A stretch of 64,000 bases of DNA from Octopus vulgaris (taxonomy: Eukaryota): the NCBI GenBank assembly GCA_951406725.2, contig OX597815.1, forward strand, positions 40,672,001-40,736,000, in the 5' to 3' direction. Shown piece after piece: positions 1-13,576 of the stretch (position 1 is its first letter; each line of letters starts with the position of its first letter). The notes below the pieces were generated by a model that saw only the letters and a program-made list of their open reading frames with translations, was not told the DNA's origin and searched no databases. The position numbers were made by a program, and so were the translations under genes.

Positions 1-93
1 TTGATAAATTAAGTACCAGTGAAACACTAGGGTCAATGTAATCGACTTTCCTCCTCATCAAAATTTCAGGCCTTGTGGCTATAGTAGAAAGAG

Positions 94-123
94 TTGTTGT
101 TGTTGTTGTTATTGTTGTTGTTG

Positions 124-162
<39 letters not shown>

Positions 163-181
163 TTGTTGTTGTTGTTGTTGT
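94..181. repeat. Compound (GTT)n(GCT)n(GTT)n microsatellite
   Basis: Read directly from sequence; lies between two SINE copies and produces the poly-L/poly-N ORFs. Confidence 0.95.
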
Positions 182-3100
182 GCAGTAGCAAGCTGGCAGA
201 ATCGTTAGCACACTGGATGAAATGCTTAGTGGTGTTTTGCTTGTTACTCCTTTCTGAGTTCAAATTCGGCCATGGTCAACTTTGCCTTTCATTTTTCTGG
301 GGTCGATAAAATAAGTATCAGTTGGAGATTGGGGTTGATGTAATCGACTTATCCCCTCCACCAAAATTGCTGCCCCTGTGGCAAAATTTGAAACCATTAT
401 TGTTATTATCATCATCATCATCATCATTATCACCATCATCATCATTATTATTATTGAAGATGTTGCACAGTGACCAATATTGTGATGTTATAGATTGAAG
501 ATATTGTATGTGGATTTGGTAGATGGAAACTGAAAGAAACCCATCATATATATATGCGAGTGTGTGTATATTTGTGTCTCATTGTTTTGACAGTGTTGTA
601 AAATGCTTGTCACTGTCAAACAAGTAGTATAATTCATTTCAAATATTCTGCAAGAACATGTCTGGTTACGAATAAATATTTCCTTGCTTGGAAACAGGTG
701 AAGGCTGGTGATAGGAAGGGGATCCGGCCATAAAAAAATCTACCTCAATAGACTCTGTCTGACCCATGCAAGCATAGAAAGTGGACATTAAAGTGGTGGT
801 GGTGGCAGCCGCAGTCGTTGTCGTCGTCGTGATGTTAGTTTCTTATGAAGGCCTGTGACCAGAGATTAGGATACTGAGCTCACAATCATTATATCATTAA
901 GTTTAATTCTTCAACTAGGTTGCTTATTGTGTCCTTGAGCAAGGCACTTCACTTTATGTTGCTCCAATCAACTCAGCTAAAAATGAGTAACAACCAAATG
1001 CTGGTTCAGCTCTCTCTCTCTTTCTCCCTCTCCCCCCCTCTCTCTCCTTCTCTCTCTCTCGTTACATTCTGGATGTTTCACTGGGTGTTGAATGCAGAGG
1101 GTATGTAAAGCAAGCATGCTCTGCTGGATGTGTAATGTTTGTGCATGTGAATGGACTGAAAGATAAATTGGGTATAAGAGAATTTAGATGTTGCGTGCAG
1201 GAGAGAAGACTGCATTGGTATGGACATATGTATGGGTGATAGCAGATGGATAAAGAGGTGTCAGGAAATTCAAGTGGAAAGAAACTGTGGAAGAGAAAGA
1301 CCAAGGAAGACATAGGCAGAAAAATCTTTGGATAGTCAACCTCAGAAAGAGATGATAGTAAAAACCCATACAATCCATGCAAAGTAGAAAAGCAGGTGTA
1401 AAAATGATGATGATGGTACATACTACAAAGTCAAACTCACTCTCAAATAATGCCTGTAGCTTGCTACTCTTCATTGTATCTAGCTGAGCCCATAGGGTTG
1501 CTATCTTTCAAGCTTTTTCATCCATAGCATACTGAATAAGGTGCTAAATAAGCATAACATTATCTTATATAAAAACCAAGGATTTGCTTTTGCATTAAAG
1601 GAAAACCTATGGACCAGTGCAATGCATTCAAAACACTTGAGTTTTCTAAATATCTTGGTATTTTCTAATTCATCTCAAAAACTCTATCAAACTATACATG
1701 GCACACAGTACATTCCAACCAAGTGGTTGAAAAATCATCTGCTAGCTTTGCATCTTTGAAGATGTGTAGGATAACAGTTCCCTTAAAAAACAAGTATGGG
1801 TTAGTGGCAGGAAGGGCATTTAGCAGTAAAACAGTACCTCAGTAATATATTTATGTAACCCATGGAAAAAAAACATGTAAAAACAAATGAACAAACACAA
1901 ACATACATATATGTATATATCAACATACATGCACACACATATACACATATGTTATCATCATCAAAATTTTACATATACTTTTCCATGCTTGTATTGGTTA
2001 AACAGGTCTTCTCAAGCACAACATCTAACCATTTGTTGCTGCTATTTGTCATTCCTTTGCAAGGTTCAGCCTCCTGGGATCAGCTTTCATCTCTTATTAC
2101 CATATACTCCTTGATTCTCTTCTTCTGCACTTCTTCCACTTGGGTCACTTGCATTTCTTTATTCAACTATTATACTCATTGCATGCTACCAATGAAGTCT
2201 TTTCTCTTGCACACTAGATTTCATTCCTCTTATATCTAGTTTTTCTTTCAGCTAATTTATGCTACATCAGTCATATACATGACATCACACACTCTAGCAA
2301 AACATGCTTGCCTTATCTTTTTCTTAACCTTTGCACATCCTCCAATTTCAGTGCTTATGTCAAACTGCCACAAGCATCATACTATCTACCTTCACTCGGA
2401 GAAAGAATCTCTTTGTTGCCAGTAGAGGGAATAGCTCTCTGAACTTTTCTGAACCTATTCTTGCTCTGGCTACTATGCCTTTGGAACACTCTCTTCCACC
2501 ACTAATAAATTAACAGAAGCTATCAACTACTTCTAGAGAGCCCTCTTAATATTTAAAAAAAATTGTTTGCGGATTTGCATATTTTTGCACATCTGCTATA
2601 TACAAAATTCTCTTGTGTACTCTGGACACAAGGGAATCCTACCTTTTTCTGCTTATTGAGTAGGGGCCACTTCCCAGATGGCACTAGAGTCTTATCTTGC
2701 TTACCAATTATAACTTTTATCTCTGGTTTACTGTAAAGCCTCCTCTGAATTCAATGCTTTGTTTTCATATTTGGGATTTCTTTAATTCTTTGACAGATTT
2801 TCCTATGAAAAGTAGGTTATCAACATACAAAAGTTCCAATGGACAGCTGGTTTTGAAACCCATTTTTATGGCCTGGAGAACCATTGTAAACAAGAGTGGG
2901 TTGGAAGCCATGCTCTAATGGATGTCTGTCTGCATGCTAAATTCCTCTCTGAAATCATTGTTAACTCTCATATTGATGATTACCTTGCTGTACATGGCTT
3001 GCACGGCTTTCATAAGCTATTCATGTACATGTTTTCTTTGATGGAAGATATATCTGTAAAAGGTAGCCCTTAACTGAAGAGATGTGCACTTATCATCACA

Positions 3101-3507
3101 CTTACCATTGGTCTCTAATGTTAATCATCATTCATCATCATCATCATCATCATTTAACGTCCATTGTCCATGCTGGCATGGGTTGGACAGTTTGACCAGA
3201 TCTGGCAAGGTGGAAGGCTGCACCAGACTCCAGTCTGATTTGGTAACTTCATTAAGTCTAATAACTCATTTGGCCAGCTCTTCATTGGGAAAGGTATATT
3301 TTTTGCTTAGTTCCTCCAACATAAAACTCTAACTTGGTTTTTGTGTTTCAAAAGAGATTTTGGTCTTCTCAAAGTATGTTTAATCAACTTTTCTCTCTCC
3401 CTAAATGTGGGTTTGTGTGTGTGTACACAGATACATATGAATACATACATACGCACTCACACAAATATACACATATATGATGATCTTTTGTATTTTATTT
3501 TTTAAAG

Positions 3508-3631
3508 GTTCACACATCGTTTGGATTATGCAACAAGTGGTGCATTATGTTTGGCTCTCAACAAGAAAGCAGCAAAGAAAATGCAAATGGCATTTCTTCG
3601 ACGTGAAGTCATCAAACACTATCTGGCCTTG
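3508..3631 (+). CDS. RPUSD1: RluA-family RNA pseudouridine synthase (RPUSD1-like), internal coding exon with catalytic HRLD motif
   Basis: Acceptor ttttaaag|, donor |gtaaat. Translates (R)FTHRLDYATSGALCLALNKKAAKKMQMAFLRREVIKHYLAL, containing RluA motif II (HRLD). Phase joins the next exon. Upstream exons were not found in the window. Confidence 0.9.
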
Positions 3632-4465
3632 GTAAATACACTTCAGGTTCACTCCTTTGTGTATCTGGCAAATAAATAAAATAGATTTATTTAATGTTGT
3701 TCTAATGGTTTGTATAATAACTTGAAAGGATTGAAACCTAAACTCACTTCTCATTTCTATACCTCCAACCTTTCGGAGTTGCAACCATGTCCTGTTTGCC
3801 TGCTCCCACTTGATAATAGAACTGCATTTCTCATGTCTGCAGAGCTTCTGGTTTTGTGCATGTGTGTGTATGTGTACAAGAGAAAAGATAATTTTTGTAG
3901 ATGTTATCAGTTACTGTTTGTGTTGCACTAATTCTGAATAAAGAACTGACATGAACTTTGACAAACCTTTTAACCCATGCCAGCATAGAAAGCAAATCTA
4001 AAACATTGATAATAGTGATGTGCTACATATGTCAGAAATATGGTTGATCCAAGATTCTTCTTTACAGTAAATCTGTTATATCCTTCAGATCCATTGGTTG
4101 ACAAAAGCTATGTGAAGTAAACTGAGATGTTTTAGTAGGCCGATGAGAGTTACTATCCTTTTCTCCACCCTGACATTTTTAGCCTAATGTTAGGAGGGCT
4201 ATAGCAAAAATAATCTTATCCTCAAATTTGTAAATGGCTGTAATATACACAGAAACTTTCACTTCTGACTTTCCTGTACATTATTTACCTCTGAGAGACA
4301 CGTAGTACATAAGAGTGCTTGGAGCTTAACATATCTCACAATGACAAATTTTTCTATAGGTTTTTGCTTATGGGTGGGGTATCAAATTAGCAGTGCAAAT
4401 TAATAAAAACTCATTGGTTATATGGTGTTTGTATTGCCCTCAGTGTTTAATGGTACCATCTTTAT

Positions 4466-5200
4466 CATCATCATCATCATCATTTAGCGTCTGCTTTCCA
4501 TGCTGGCATGGGTTGGACGGTTCAACTGGGGTCTGTGAAGCTAGAAGGCTGCACCAGGCCCAGTCTGATCTGGCAATGTTTCTACGGCTGGATGTCCTTC
4601 CTAACGCCAACCACTCCATGAGTGTAGTGGATGCTTTTTACGTGCCAGGCGAGGCTGGCAATGGCCACGATCGGATGGTGCTTTTTATGTGCCACTGGCA
4701 CGGAGGCAGTCGGAGTGGCGCTGGCAACGGCCATGTTCGGATGGTTCTCTTATGTGCCACCGGCACTGGTATCACAGCTACGATTTCCATTGATGTTGAT
4801 TTTGTTTTTCTCTTGCCTCAACAGGTCTTCACAAGTAGAGTTTTGTGTCCCAAGAAGGAAAGGTATGCATAAGTGGACTGAGGCCACGGGTTATGGCCTC
4901 ACTTGTCCTGCCGGGTCTTCTCACGCACAGCATACTTCCAAAGGTCTCGGTCTCTAGTCATTTCCTCAGTGAGACCTAAAATTTGAAGGTCATGCTTCAC
5001 CTCATCCCAAGTTTTCCTGGGTCTACCTCTTCCACAGGTTCCCTCAACCGCTAGGGTGTGGCACCTTTTCACACAACTATCTTCATCCATTCTCGCCACA
5101 TGACCATACCAGCACAAACGTCTCTCTTGCACACCACAACTGATGCTGCTTAGGTCCAACTTTTCTCTCAAGGTACTTACACGCTGTCGTGTATGCACAC
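4466..5200 (-). mobile_element. 5'-truncated RTE-clade LINE (ORF C-terminus + 3' UTR + (GAT)n tail)
   Basis: ORF 4899-5198 contains RRLCWYGHVARMDEDSCVKR...GRGRPRKTW, typical of RTE C-termini. Ends in a catcat tail shared with many copies in the window. Confidence 0.85.
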
Positions 5201-6634
5201 TTGTATGAACATCTTATAAAACATATTTGTAGTTAACTATATGGACTAGTAATGCAAGCTATCAAAGAACATGTTGGTTATATAATGCTCTAATGTTAAT
5301 ACCTACAGTGTTGAGTAGCCTGATCATGACCTGTTTGCGGTTATATGGACGACAGGGGCATTGAGAGTTAAGTCTCTTTGCCTGGGTCACAGTATCAATA
5401 ACGAGATATGGACTTAGCCAACTAAGGTTCCTAATACATCAAGCTGTAGGATACTTGCTTGAAACAATCATAAGATTTTGAAGACCCATCCAAAACACTC
5501 TAGTGTAGAAAATAAAACTGTAGCAGCATTAAATGATAAAATGTCTATTATAAAAGTTAATTATGATGTTGACCCTCTCCTTTCTGTACCTAAAAACCAG
5601 TAATAGAGTTTTGCCTCTTACTTTTGCACTCAAGTATAATGCTAACCCGATTTTGACTTTGTTGTTTTCTATTAAACTTATTTGTCAAGTACAATGTTAA
5701 TTATCTGAGGAGAAGGAGTACAGGTGAGTAATTCATTGCTGCCATTTTATTATTTCCCTTCACAGACCACTACAATTCACTGGACTGGTGCATATATCTC
5801 CAGTTTCTGTGGAGATGAGCTGGTGACAGAAGCATTGCCCCTTGGATAGAATGCCAATTTATCACAGGTAACTTATCATGTTAGTGGAATTGAACTTGGT
5901 ACTATAAGCCAGCACATTACTAATTAGTTTTACAATTGTTACTACTGCTTATAGTAAAGAATCATACCACTTGGTGGTACCTGTTTGCAGCCAGGTAGAC
6001 TAGGTCATTAAGGCAAAAGCGTCCCACATCACATCCACCAATAATGGAATATCAGCTTTCTACTCCTCATCACAGTTTGTCATCTATGTTCTATTAACTT
6101 ATCCATTCTCAGTATCTTATCAGGCTTTATTGTATTAATCCAGAAAAAATATAAGGCAAAGTTGGCCTTGATAGAATTCAGTTCAACAAAGATACCAAAC
6201 TAAATGCTCTAAAGCAGTCAGCCTGTTTCTCCACTATAATTACCAATTCGTATGATGATTAGAGATGAAAAAAATGAATTGATATTTGGTTACCAATCAT
6301 AGACCTCAAATTCAAGTTCACTGTAGGATACATGACTTTGTGTTCAGCTAAGCTTGAAGCAGAAGAAGAAGAGATAAAATATAACTTTTCATGTTAAGAG
6401 TCTTAATAGCTGTAGCTGGGAATTGAAGTTTAGTTTTGGATTTATTTTGCAGGATCTTATTTCTTTGTTTAAGGCACTTACCAAATAATGATTAGTAACA
6501 GAAGTATGTTATATTAAGTAAATAAAAACATTTTATCAGTCTTTTTTTTTTTTTACATCATAGCAAGGGTTGGATAAATCTATAAATATTTGAATGTGTT
6601 AAATTTGTACTTTTTTTTCTTCTTTCTTTTTCAG

Positions 6635-6839
6635 GTTCGAGGGCATGTAAATATCAAACAACAGTATGTTGATATCAGCATTGGCAAAAACAGTTTTATT
6701 ACAGATTTTCATAAAATGTGCACCTCTGGTACACGAGGATGTTTAAATGCTCGATCATGTCTGACACATATTATCTGCTTAGAACATGGAACATATGACG
6801 GAGATCCTGTATCAAAAGTTCTCTTGATTCCTAAAACAG
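6635..6839 (+). CDS. RPUSD1: RPUSD1-like coding exon
   Basis: Polypyrimidine tract + tcag| acceptor, |gtcatg donor. Translates VRGHVNIKQQYVDISIGKN...LEHGTYDGDPVSKVLLIPKT(G), in frame with both neighbouring exons. Confidence 0.88.
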
Positions 6840-8707
6840 GTCATGTCATTAATTTTCAATGTATACTATATGTTCACATGCTTATAGATATCTGTAACAT
6901 ATTTTGTATCCTAATACCCTTGTAGGGAAAACGACTACGTAAGGAGTTGGTGACAGAAATGTCTCCTTTTTAAATGCTGCATGGTCGCCCTAACAAAAGA
7001 AGCCAAATACATGATATAAATGGATAAGTGCCAAAAGGAATAATGAGGATGACAACCGTTCTGCTGTTTGAGAGAAGAAAGACTTTATTTACAGATGTGT
7101 ACAATAAGATAAAGTATGGGTGCTAGCAAAGTGGAGTGTCTGTGTGTATGCGACAAGTGTTTGTGTCTGTGTGTTCGTGTGTGTGACAGAAGTACAAACA
7201 AGGTGTATGCGGGCAAAACAAAATACAATACAGAGCATAGAATGAGTCTCTCAGGATATTTCAGACAAGATGGAGTTAATTTACCAGTTCGTAGTAAGGT
7301 ACACAATAGTAATAGTTCTGTAACAGGATGTTGGGGTCACAAGTGCAGAATACCGGTTGAACACATGTCATGTAGCAGTTGGGGCTTCAATGCTGTGTCA
7401 GGTCTCTTGATACAGGAATTCTTGCAGGTAGTGCTGTGCTGTTAACCTTGGTAAAAATCAAGCTAAACTTGAGCGGGTGCTGTGTATGTATTGGTATTGC
7501 TGGAGATGAAGGCGATGGAGGTGTAGACGACATGAAGTTGAGCTAAGGCGTTGGTGAAGAAAGACATCGTTGAGTTGCTGCATGTTGTCTGCCCTGGAAC
7601 TGGAACTGGCTGAGTTGCTGGAACATAGCTGAGTTGCTCTGTGGTCAGAGGTTAGTCCTGAAAAGGACTAGAACCAAAGACGAGAAATGGTGATTTGCTG
7701 GTGCCTTTTATAACCTGAGGTGGGCTCCAGTGAAACCCCAAAAAGACTGTGTCATGGGACCTTATCTGAAGGCTGTGATTGGTTGGCTTACACACTGGCA
7801 CGAAATAAGTCAAGTGACAAACTGCACCAATGTCAACCAATCAGAGCAGTGGACACAACTGGGTCAAAATAGCTGAAGATGGTTGCTATCTAACACAAGA
7901 TCATTTCTAATATATCTCTCAAACAGTGAGGATATCAGCTACGCTATACCCTGTTACAAAAGAGTAGCAACTAAACCAATAAATAGCTCAACTTACTAGA
8001 AAGAGTAGTCAAAATTTCCCTCAAATCATACCCAACTATCTAAAATAAAAAAGGGATAAGATTAGATAATTTAGTTCCAAATACATAAAATGGAAGGTAG
8101 TAATGGTTGGAATGTCTTTGATTAAAAATCTGCTCAATCTGGTCTTACCAGGGGCTAAACAGTAGCAGCAACACTGTCTTAATTAGTTTTTTGTTATAAT
8201 CAGGAATTCAGAAAGGTTTAGTTAAATAACTAATTCTATTTTTTTCTTTTGTATGCAATAGAAACAACATTGATTTAAAATAACCATCTATGTCACATGA
8301 TCACATGACATAGATCACATGATCACGTGACCAGCCAGGCTGTCAGATGTTGTTACATATCACTGGTGACAATGCGTTTTTGCATTGTTTTAGCCTTCAA
8401 ATGCCACCGCCTTGCTGGCTAGGCGAGCAGGCCATCATTCCCCCCTGATCAAAAGGGAGACTGGAGCAATGTGAAATGAAGTGTTTTGCTCAAGAACACA
8501 ACATGCTGCCCAATCAGGAAATCAAACTCATGATCTAGTGATTGTGAGTGCAATAGCCTTACCATTAGGCCACACGCCTTCACAACCATCCATGTATCAT
8601 ACATATAAATAATATAAATGCATCGTTGAAATTCAATTTACTATGGTATTTGTCCAATGATAACATTTCTTATGGATGTGCTGTGTTTAAAAACAACATA
8701 CTGTATG

Positions 8708-9708
8708 AATCATCATCATCATCATCATCATTTAACGTCCGCTTTCCATGCTAGCATGGGTTGGACGGTTCAACTGGGGTCTGGGGAGCCCGAAGGCTGC
8801 ACCAGGCCAGTCAGATCTGGCAGTGTTTCTACAGCTGGATGCCCTTCCTAACGCCAACCACTCCGAGAGTGTAGTGGGTGATTTTATGTGCCACCGACAC
8901 AGGTGCCAGACGAGGCTGGCGAACGGCCACGCTCGGATGGTGTTTTTATGTGCCACCGACACAGGTGCCAGACGAAGCTGGCGAACGGCCACGCTCGGAT
9001 GGTGTTTTTATGTGCCACCGACACAGGTGCCAGACAAGGCTAGCAGACGACCACGCTCGGATGGTGTTTTTATGTGCCACCGACACAGGTGCCAGACGAG
9101 GCTGGCGAACGGCCACGCTCGGATGGTGTTTTTATGTGCCACCGCCACAGGTGCCAGACAAGGCTAGCAGACGACCACGCTCGGATGGTGTTTTTTTTAT
9201 GTGCCACCGACACAGGTGCCAGACGAGGCTGGCGAACGGCCATGCTCGGATGGTGTTTTTATGTGCCACCGACAAGGCTAGCAGACGACCACGCTCGGAT
9301 GGTGTTTTTTATGTGCCACCGACACAGGAGCCAGATTAGGCTGGCGCTCGGCCACGATTGGATGGTGATTGTTACGTGCCCACAGCATGGAGGCCAGTCG
9401 GTGCGGTACTGGCTACGGCCACGTTCGGATGGTTTTCTTGTGTGCCACCGGCACTGGTACCACAAAGATACAAATTCCATTGATGTTCATCTATTTTGAT
9501 TTTGTTTGATTTTCACTTGCCTCAACAGGTCTTCACAAGTGTCACAAGAAGGAAGGTATGCACAGGTGGACTGACTACGTTCCAGGTAGGGGCCACGGGT
9601 TATGGCCTGACTAGTCTTGCCGGGTCTTCTCACGCACAGCATACTTCCATAGGTCTCGGTCTCTAGTCATTTCCTTGGTGAGACCTAAAGTTCGTAGGTC
9701 GTGCTTCA
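8708..9708 (-). mobile_element. RTE LINE 3' end with expanded internal ~62-bp tandem array
   Basis: Same family as 4466-5200. About 7-8 units of ttttatgtgccaccgacacaggtgccagac...cacgctcggatggtg at 8880-9330. Confidence 0.85.
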
Positions 9709-9768
9709 TGTAAATTGCTTTTCAGTGATGTATCTACATTAAATATAATACATAGATGGCTATTTTAA

Positions 9769-9989
9769 CTCTTTCGCATTTAAACCTGCCATATCTGCCC
9801 CAAATATTCTACCTCCTTTATGTTCAAACTGGTCAGGTCCAGCCCCTCACACCTATGTGATAATGTCATTCTTTAAATAAACAATCACATCATCAAAATC
9901 TTGAAGCTGTGAGATAATGCATGATGAACTCAAAAGAATGTGAATAAATATGTATTACATTTGACAAAATAAGCTCTAATGGTAAAGAG
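9769..9989. mobile_element. piggyBac-type MITE
   Basis: TTAA on both sides; imperfect TIR ctctttcgcatt / aatggtaaagag. A degenerate relative lies at about 33848-34003. Confidence 0.65.
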
Positions 9990-10939
9990 TTAATACTGCT
10001 TCTATTGCATATAATGGATTTTAATTCAGCTGAGCACCTTTTTGCAATGCCAGTAAATGTTTTATTCCCATTTTCTATATATCAGAGACAACAAGTCTCA
10101 CATTAAGCATGTGGCTGGCTGTGAGTACATGCTGTTGAGAAGGCCTGACAAGGCTGAAATGCTGGGGTGAATTTTTTTCCTTCCTCTAATGTATATTGTG
10201 TTTTTAAACACAGCACGTCCATAAGAAATGTTATCTCCAGAAGAATACCACAGTAAATTGCTTTTCAATGATGTATATACATTAAGTATGATACATAAAT
10301 GGCTATTTTCTTTATTGAAATCTAATTTACTATTATAATTGTTTCTCCTACCTCTCCTAAGACACTAGCATTAAAGTAATTGACTAACCCCCATTCCCTG
10401 AACTTGCTGGCCTTGTGCCGAAACTTGAAACCATTATTACATGTGGATCAAGGCAGCAAGCTGGTAGGATTGTTAGCACGCTGGGCAAAATGCTTAGCGG
10501 TATTTTTCCCATTGATATGTTCTGAGTTCAAATTCCGCCAAGGTTGAATTTTCCTTCCATCCTTTTGGGGTCAATAAATTAGGTATCAGTGAAACATTGG
10601 GGTCGATGTAATTAACTAGTTCCCTCCCACCAAATTTCAGGCCTTGTGCCTTTAGTAGAAAGGATTATTATATGTGGATCATCACCTTTCATTTCAGAGT
10701 TCATATCTCACTAGTGAAGGCCCTGTATATTATTTTCCTTATCAATTACATCCTGTGATAAGTCAATCAGTTATGTATACTCCCTGTTTATGATATTTTC
10801 ACTACTTATTAAATGCAAAACTCAGTTCTTTTCATTTTGTTGACCTTATATACAACTATAATGTGCAGTTGATCACACTCCATATTTCAATGATAATAAT
10901 ATGATAGTATGTACATTAATAATTGCTTTAAATTTGCAG

Positions 10940-11235
10940 GTCGCACTCACCAGTTACGGGTCCATTGTGACCACATAGGACATTGTATTGTTGGAGATCA
11001 TACCTACAGTGATAAACAAGATACCAAACCATTTCGAATGATGCTGCATGCTTACCAACTGAGTGCACCAACAGCACTTGAAAAAATTGATGTTCAAACT
11101 GAAGATCCTTTTACGCCTGATAATTGCCCGTTATGGGAGCCATCAGAATGTTTTTCTGACTATTCAGAAGCTGTTGTCAATTTTGAGTCTTCAGAGGCTA
11201 GTAAACAAAAAATTGTGCAAGACAAACCAAAATAG
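10940..11235 (+). CDS. RPUSD1: RPUSD1-like terminal coding exon
   Basis: Acceptor ttgcag|. Completes TG-RTHQLRVH (RluA motif III), then IVGDHTYS and RMMLHAYQL (LHA motif). Stop TAG ends at 11235; AATAAA near 11477 and 11509. Confidence 0.92.
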
Positions 11236-11809
11236 TAGACATCATGAACTAGTCATACTAAAAATGAAATTGCCAGAAATAGAAGAATAGAATTTAAAAG
11301 AATGAGAATCTGCCAGAATCTTCCAAAGAACTACACACCTGTTTTCCTCTTGAAACTTATCTCCAAAATAGGAGCTAAATATTAAGGTATTAACCTTAAG
11401 TATTCAAAGAAAACTCAGAAAAATTCATGGCACTGCAATTTAAAAAAAGAAAATATTTTGGTAATGAATTACCCAAAATAAATGTCAATGAACTATAGCA
11501 TAATTTTCAATAAAATAAGATGAATTGGTGGAATTGACTGAGATGGCATAGCTCAACCCATTACTCCTCTGAGTTTAATGAAATAAGTTTTATTATTAAA
11601 CATAGTTAAAAATTACTTTCTCTCTGGTCAAATGAAATCCCTAAAAATTAACTTGGGATGAGCATCATTGAATATCATTTAATGTATGTTATTTTATCTT
11701 TTACTTGTTTTATTTTTTACTTGGATTGTGGTCTTGCTGGAGCACTGCCTTGGAGGGTTTTAGTCAAACAAATCAATCTCAGTACTTTTTTTTTAAATTC
11801 TGGTACTTA

Positions 11810-13075
11810 CAGGGGTTGACAAAATAATGGAAACACCTTAAAATTTCGAACAAATTTATTTTAAAATAGTGTAGGACTGCCTTTGGCAGTAATTACAGCT
11901 TGAATTCTACGAGGTATGGACTCGTACAAAGTTTGAATCGTTTCCAAAGGAATTTTTGTCCATTCTTTAGCTAAAACAGTCTCCAGTTCTTGTAGTGATG
12001 ATGGTGGAGGACATCGACTCCTTACTTGTTTTTCTAAAATGCACCATAAATGTTCAATAATATTGAGATCTGGGGACTGTGGTGGCCAGATCAGATGTTC
12101 AACTTCGCTAGAATGTTCCTCATGCCATTCAGTAACAACTTTAGCTGTGTGAATTGGTGCATTATCATCCTGAAAGATTGCATTTCACTCTGGAAACAGT
12201 TCTGCAACCATAGGATGAATTTGATCAGATAAAATGCTTAAATAGTCTTGGCTATTCTGCCATGAATGGAAACCATTGGGCCGGCAGATTTCTAAGATAT
12301 AGTTCCCCCCCGAACATCACAGATCCCCCTCATGTTTAACAGTTGGAAGAAGGCAGTCTGAGTCAAATGTTTCTTTTGGCTGTCTCTACACATATACTCG
12401 GCTGGTGGTCGGAAATGAGGTAAAGGTTGGCTTGTCCGAGAAAATAACATTCTTCCACTGCCCTGGGGGCCAATTGTGTTGGCTTTTACTCCACTTTAAA
12501 TGCTTTGCAATGTTTGTTTTTGAAAGTAGTGGGTTTCTGATTACAGCCCTCCCATGAAATCTGGCTTTGTGCAGCTCCAGGTGAACAGTTTTTGTGAAAA
12601 CTAGGTTCTCAAGGCAGTCATTAAGCTCTGCAGTAATTTTGGGAGCTGTATTTTTGTGATCCTTTCTAACAATTTGCATAAGAGTCCAACAGTCCCTATC
12701 TGAAAGTTTTGGTTTTTTCCAGAGTTTTGTTTCGATGAAGAGCTTTTTCCCACTATCCAAAGGCTGTCATTACTTTTAAGACAGTACTTCTTGATGCACC
12801 AAACATTCGGCTGTTTTCGTGACACTAGCGCCTGCCATATGAGCACCAACAATTTTACCTCTTTGAAACTCCAATAGCTCTGTCATTTTATTGAATTTTA
12901 ATTACCTTTTTCTGATGATATCTGAAAAGAAGCAGCAATTTTAGCAAAACACATCAAGCAACACTAATAATAAATCAAAAAGCATAAAAATAAACAAGCT
13001 TTTGACGGTTTTACAGATATTTCAAAATTACGATGCTATGATGCTAGGTGTTTCCATTATTTTGTCCAACCCCTG
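11810..13075 (-). mobile_element. Full-length decayed Tc1 (DD34E) DNA transposon
   Basis: About 30-bp TIRs CAGGGGTTG(G)ACAAAATAATGGAAACACCT with TA TSDs at 11808 and 13076. Inserted within an older SINE. Confidence 0.93.
11861..12886 (-). pseudogene. Tc1 transposase pseudogene
   Basis: MTELLEFQRGKIVGA..., VIFSD, FQDDNAPIHTAK and WPPQSPDLNIIEHLW motifs; frameshifts and stops. Confidence 0.9.
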
Positions 13076-13132
13076 TATTTTATTGATCTCTTTTGCTGCA
13101 CTGCTTAGTTATGGAGATATAACCAAATTAAC

Positions 13133-13541
13133 ATTGTACATTATTTACATTTGACAGATATTTATCCTCATCTTGTTTGTTGTTAACACAATTTTTTGGC
13201 TGATGTACTCTCCAGCCTTCATCAGGTGCCCTGGGGGAATTTCAAACCTAGATTCTCATTCCTAAGATATTTTTCCGATGTTATTATTATTATACATGTC
13301 ACTGCCTGGAAATGAACTCGGAATCTTGGTGTTAGTATAGTAGCCCGCACTCTTAACCCCGATGCCATATGCCCGTGGGCAATTATGGAGTGAATTTTAG
13401 GGCTTATAAATCTAATATTTTCCTATCCTTCCTTAACACCGGTTCCCATATGCTATTCATATCTGCTCTAGATCATATGGCGTAGTGGTTAAGAACGCAG
13501 GCTACTAACCCCAAGATTCGGAGTTCAATTCCAGGCAGTGA

Positions 13542-13576
<35 letters not shown>

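Noticed and set aside
66-445. Poly-L/N/M ORFs
   Set aside because: Translations of microsatellites and SINEs.
8880-9330. CRISPR-like repeat array
   Set aside because: Units are tandem near-identical copies without unique spacers, inside an RTE 3' UTR in eukaryotic DNA; no cas genes.
8732-9499. Overlapping 73-153 aa repetitive ORFs
   Set aside because: Stop-poor minisatellite open in several frames; no splice or domain support.
13474-13545. tRNA gene
   Set aside because: Has A/B boxes but no complete acceptor stem, and continues into a repeat body with an inverted copy nearby; it is a SINE-like head.
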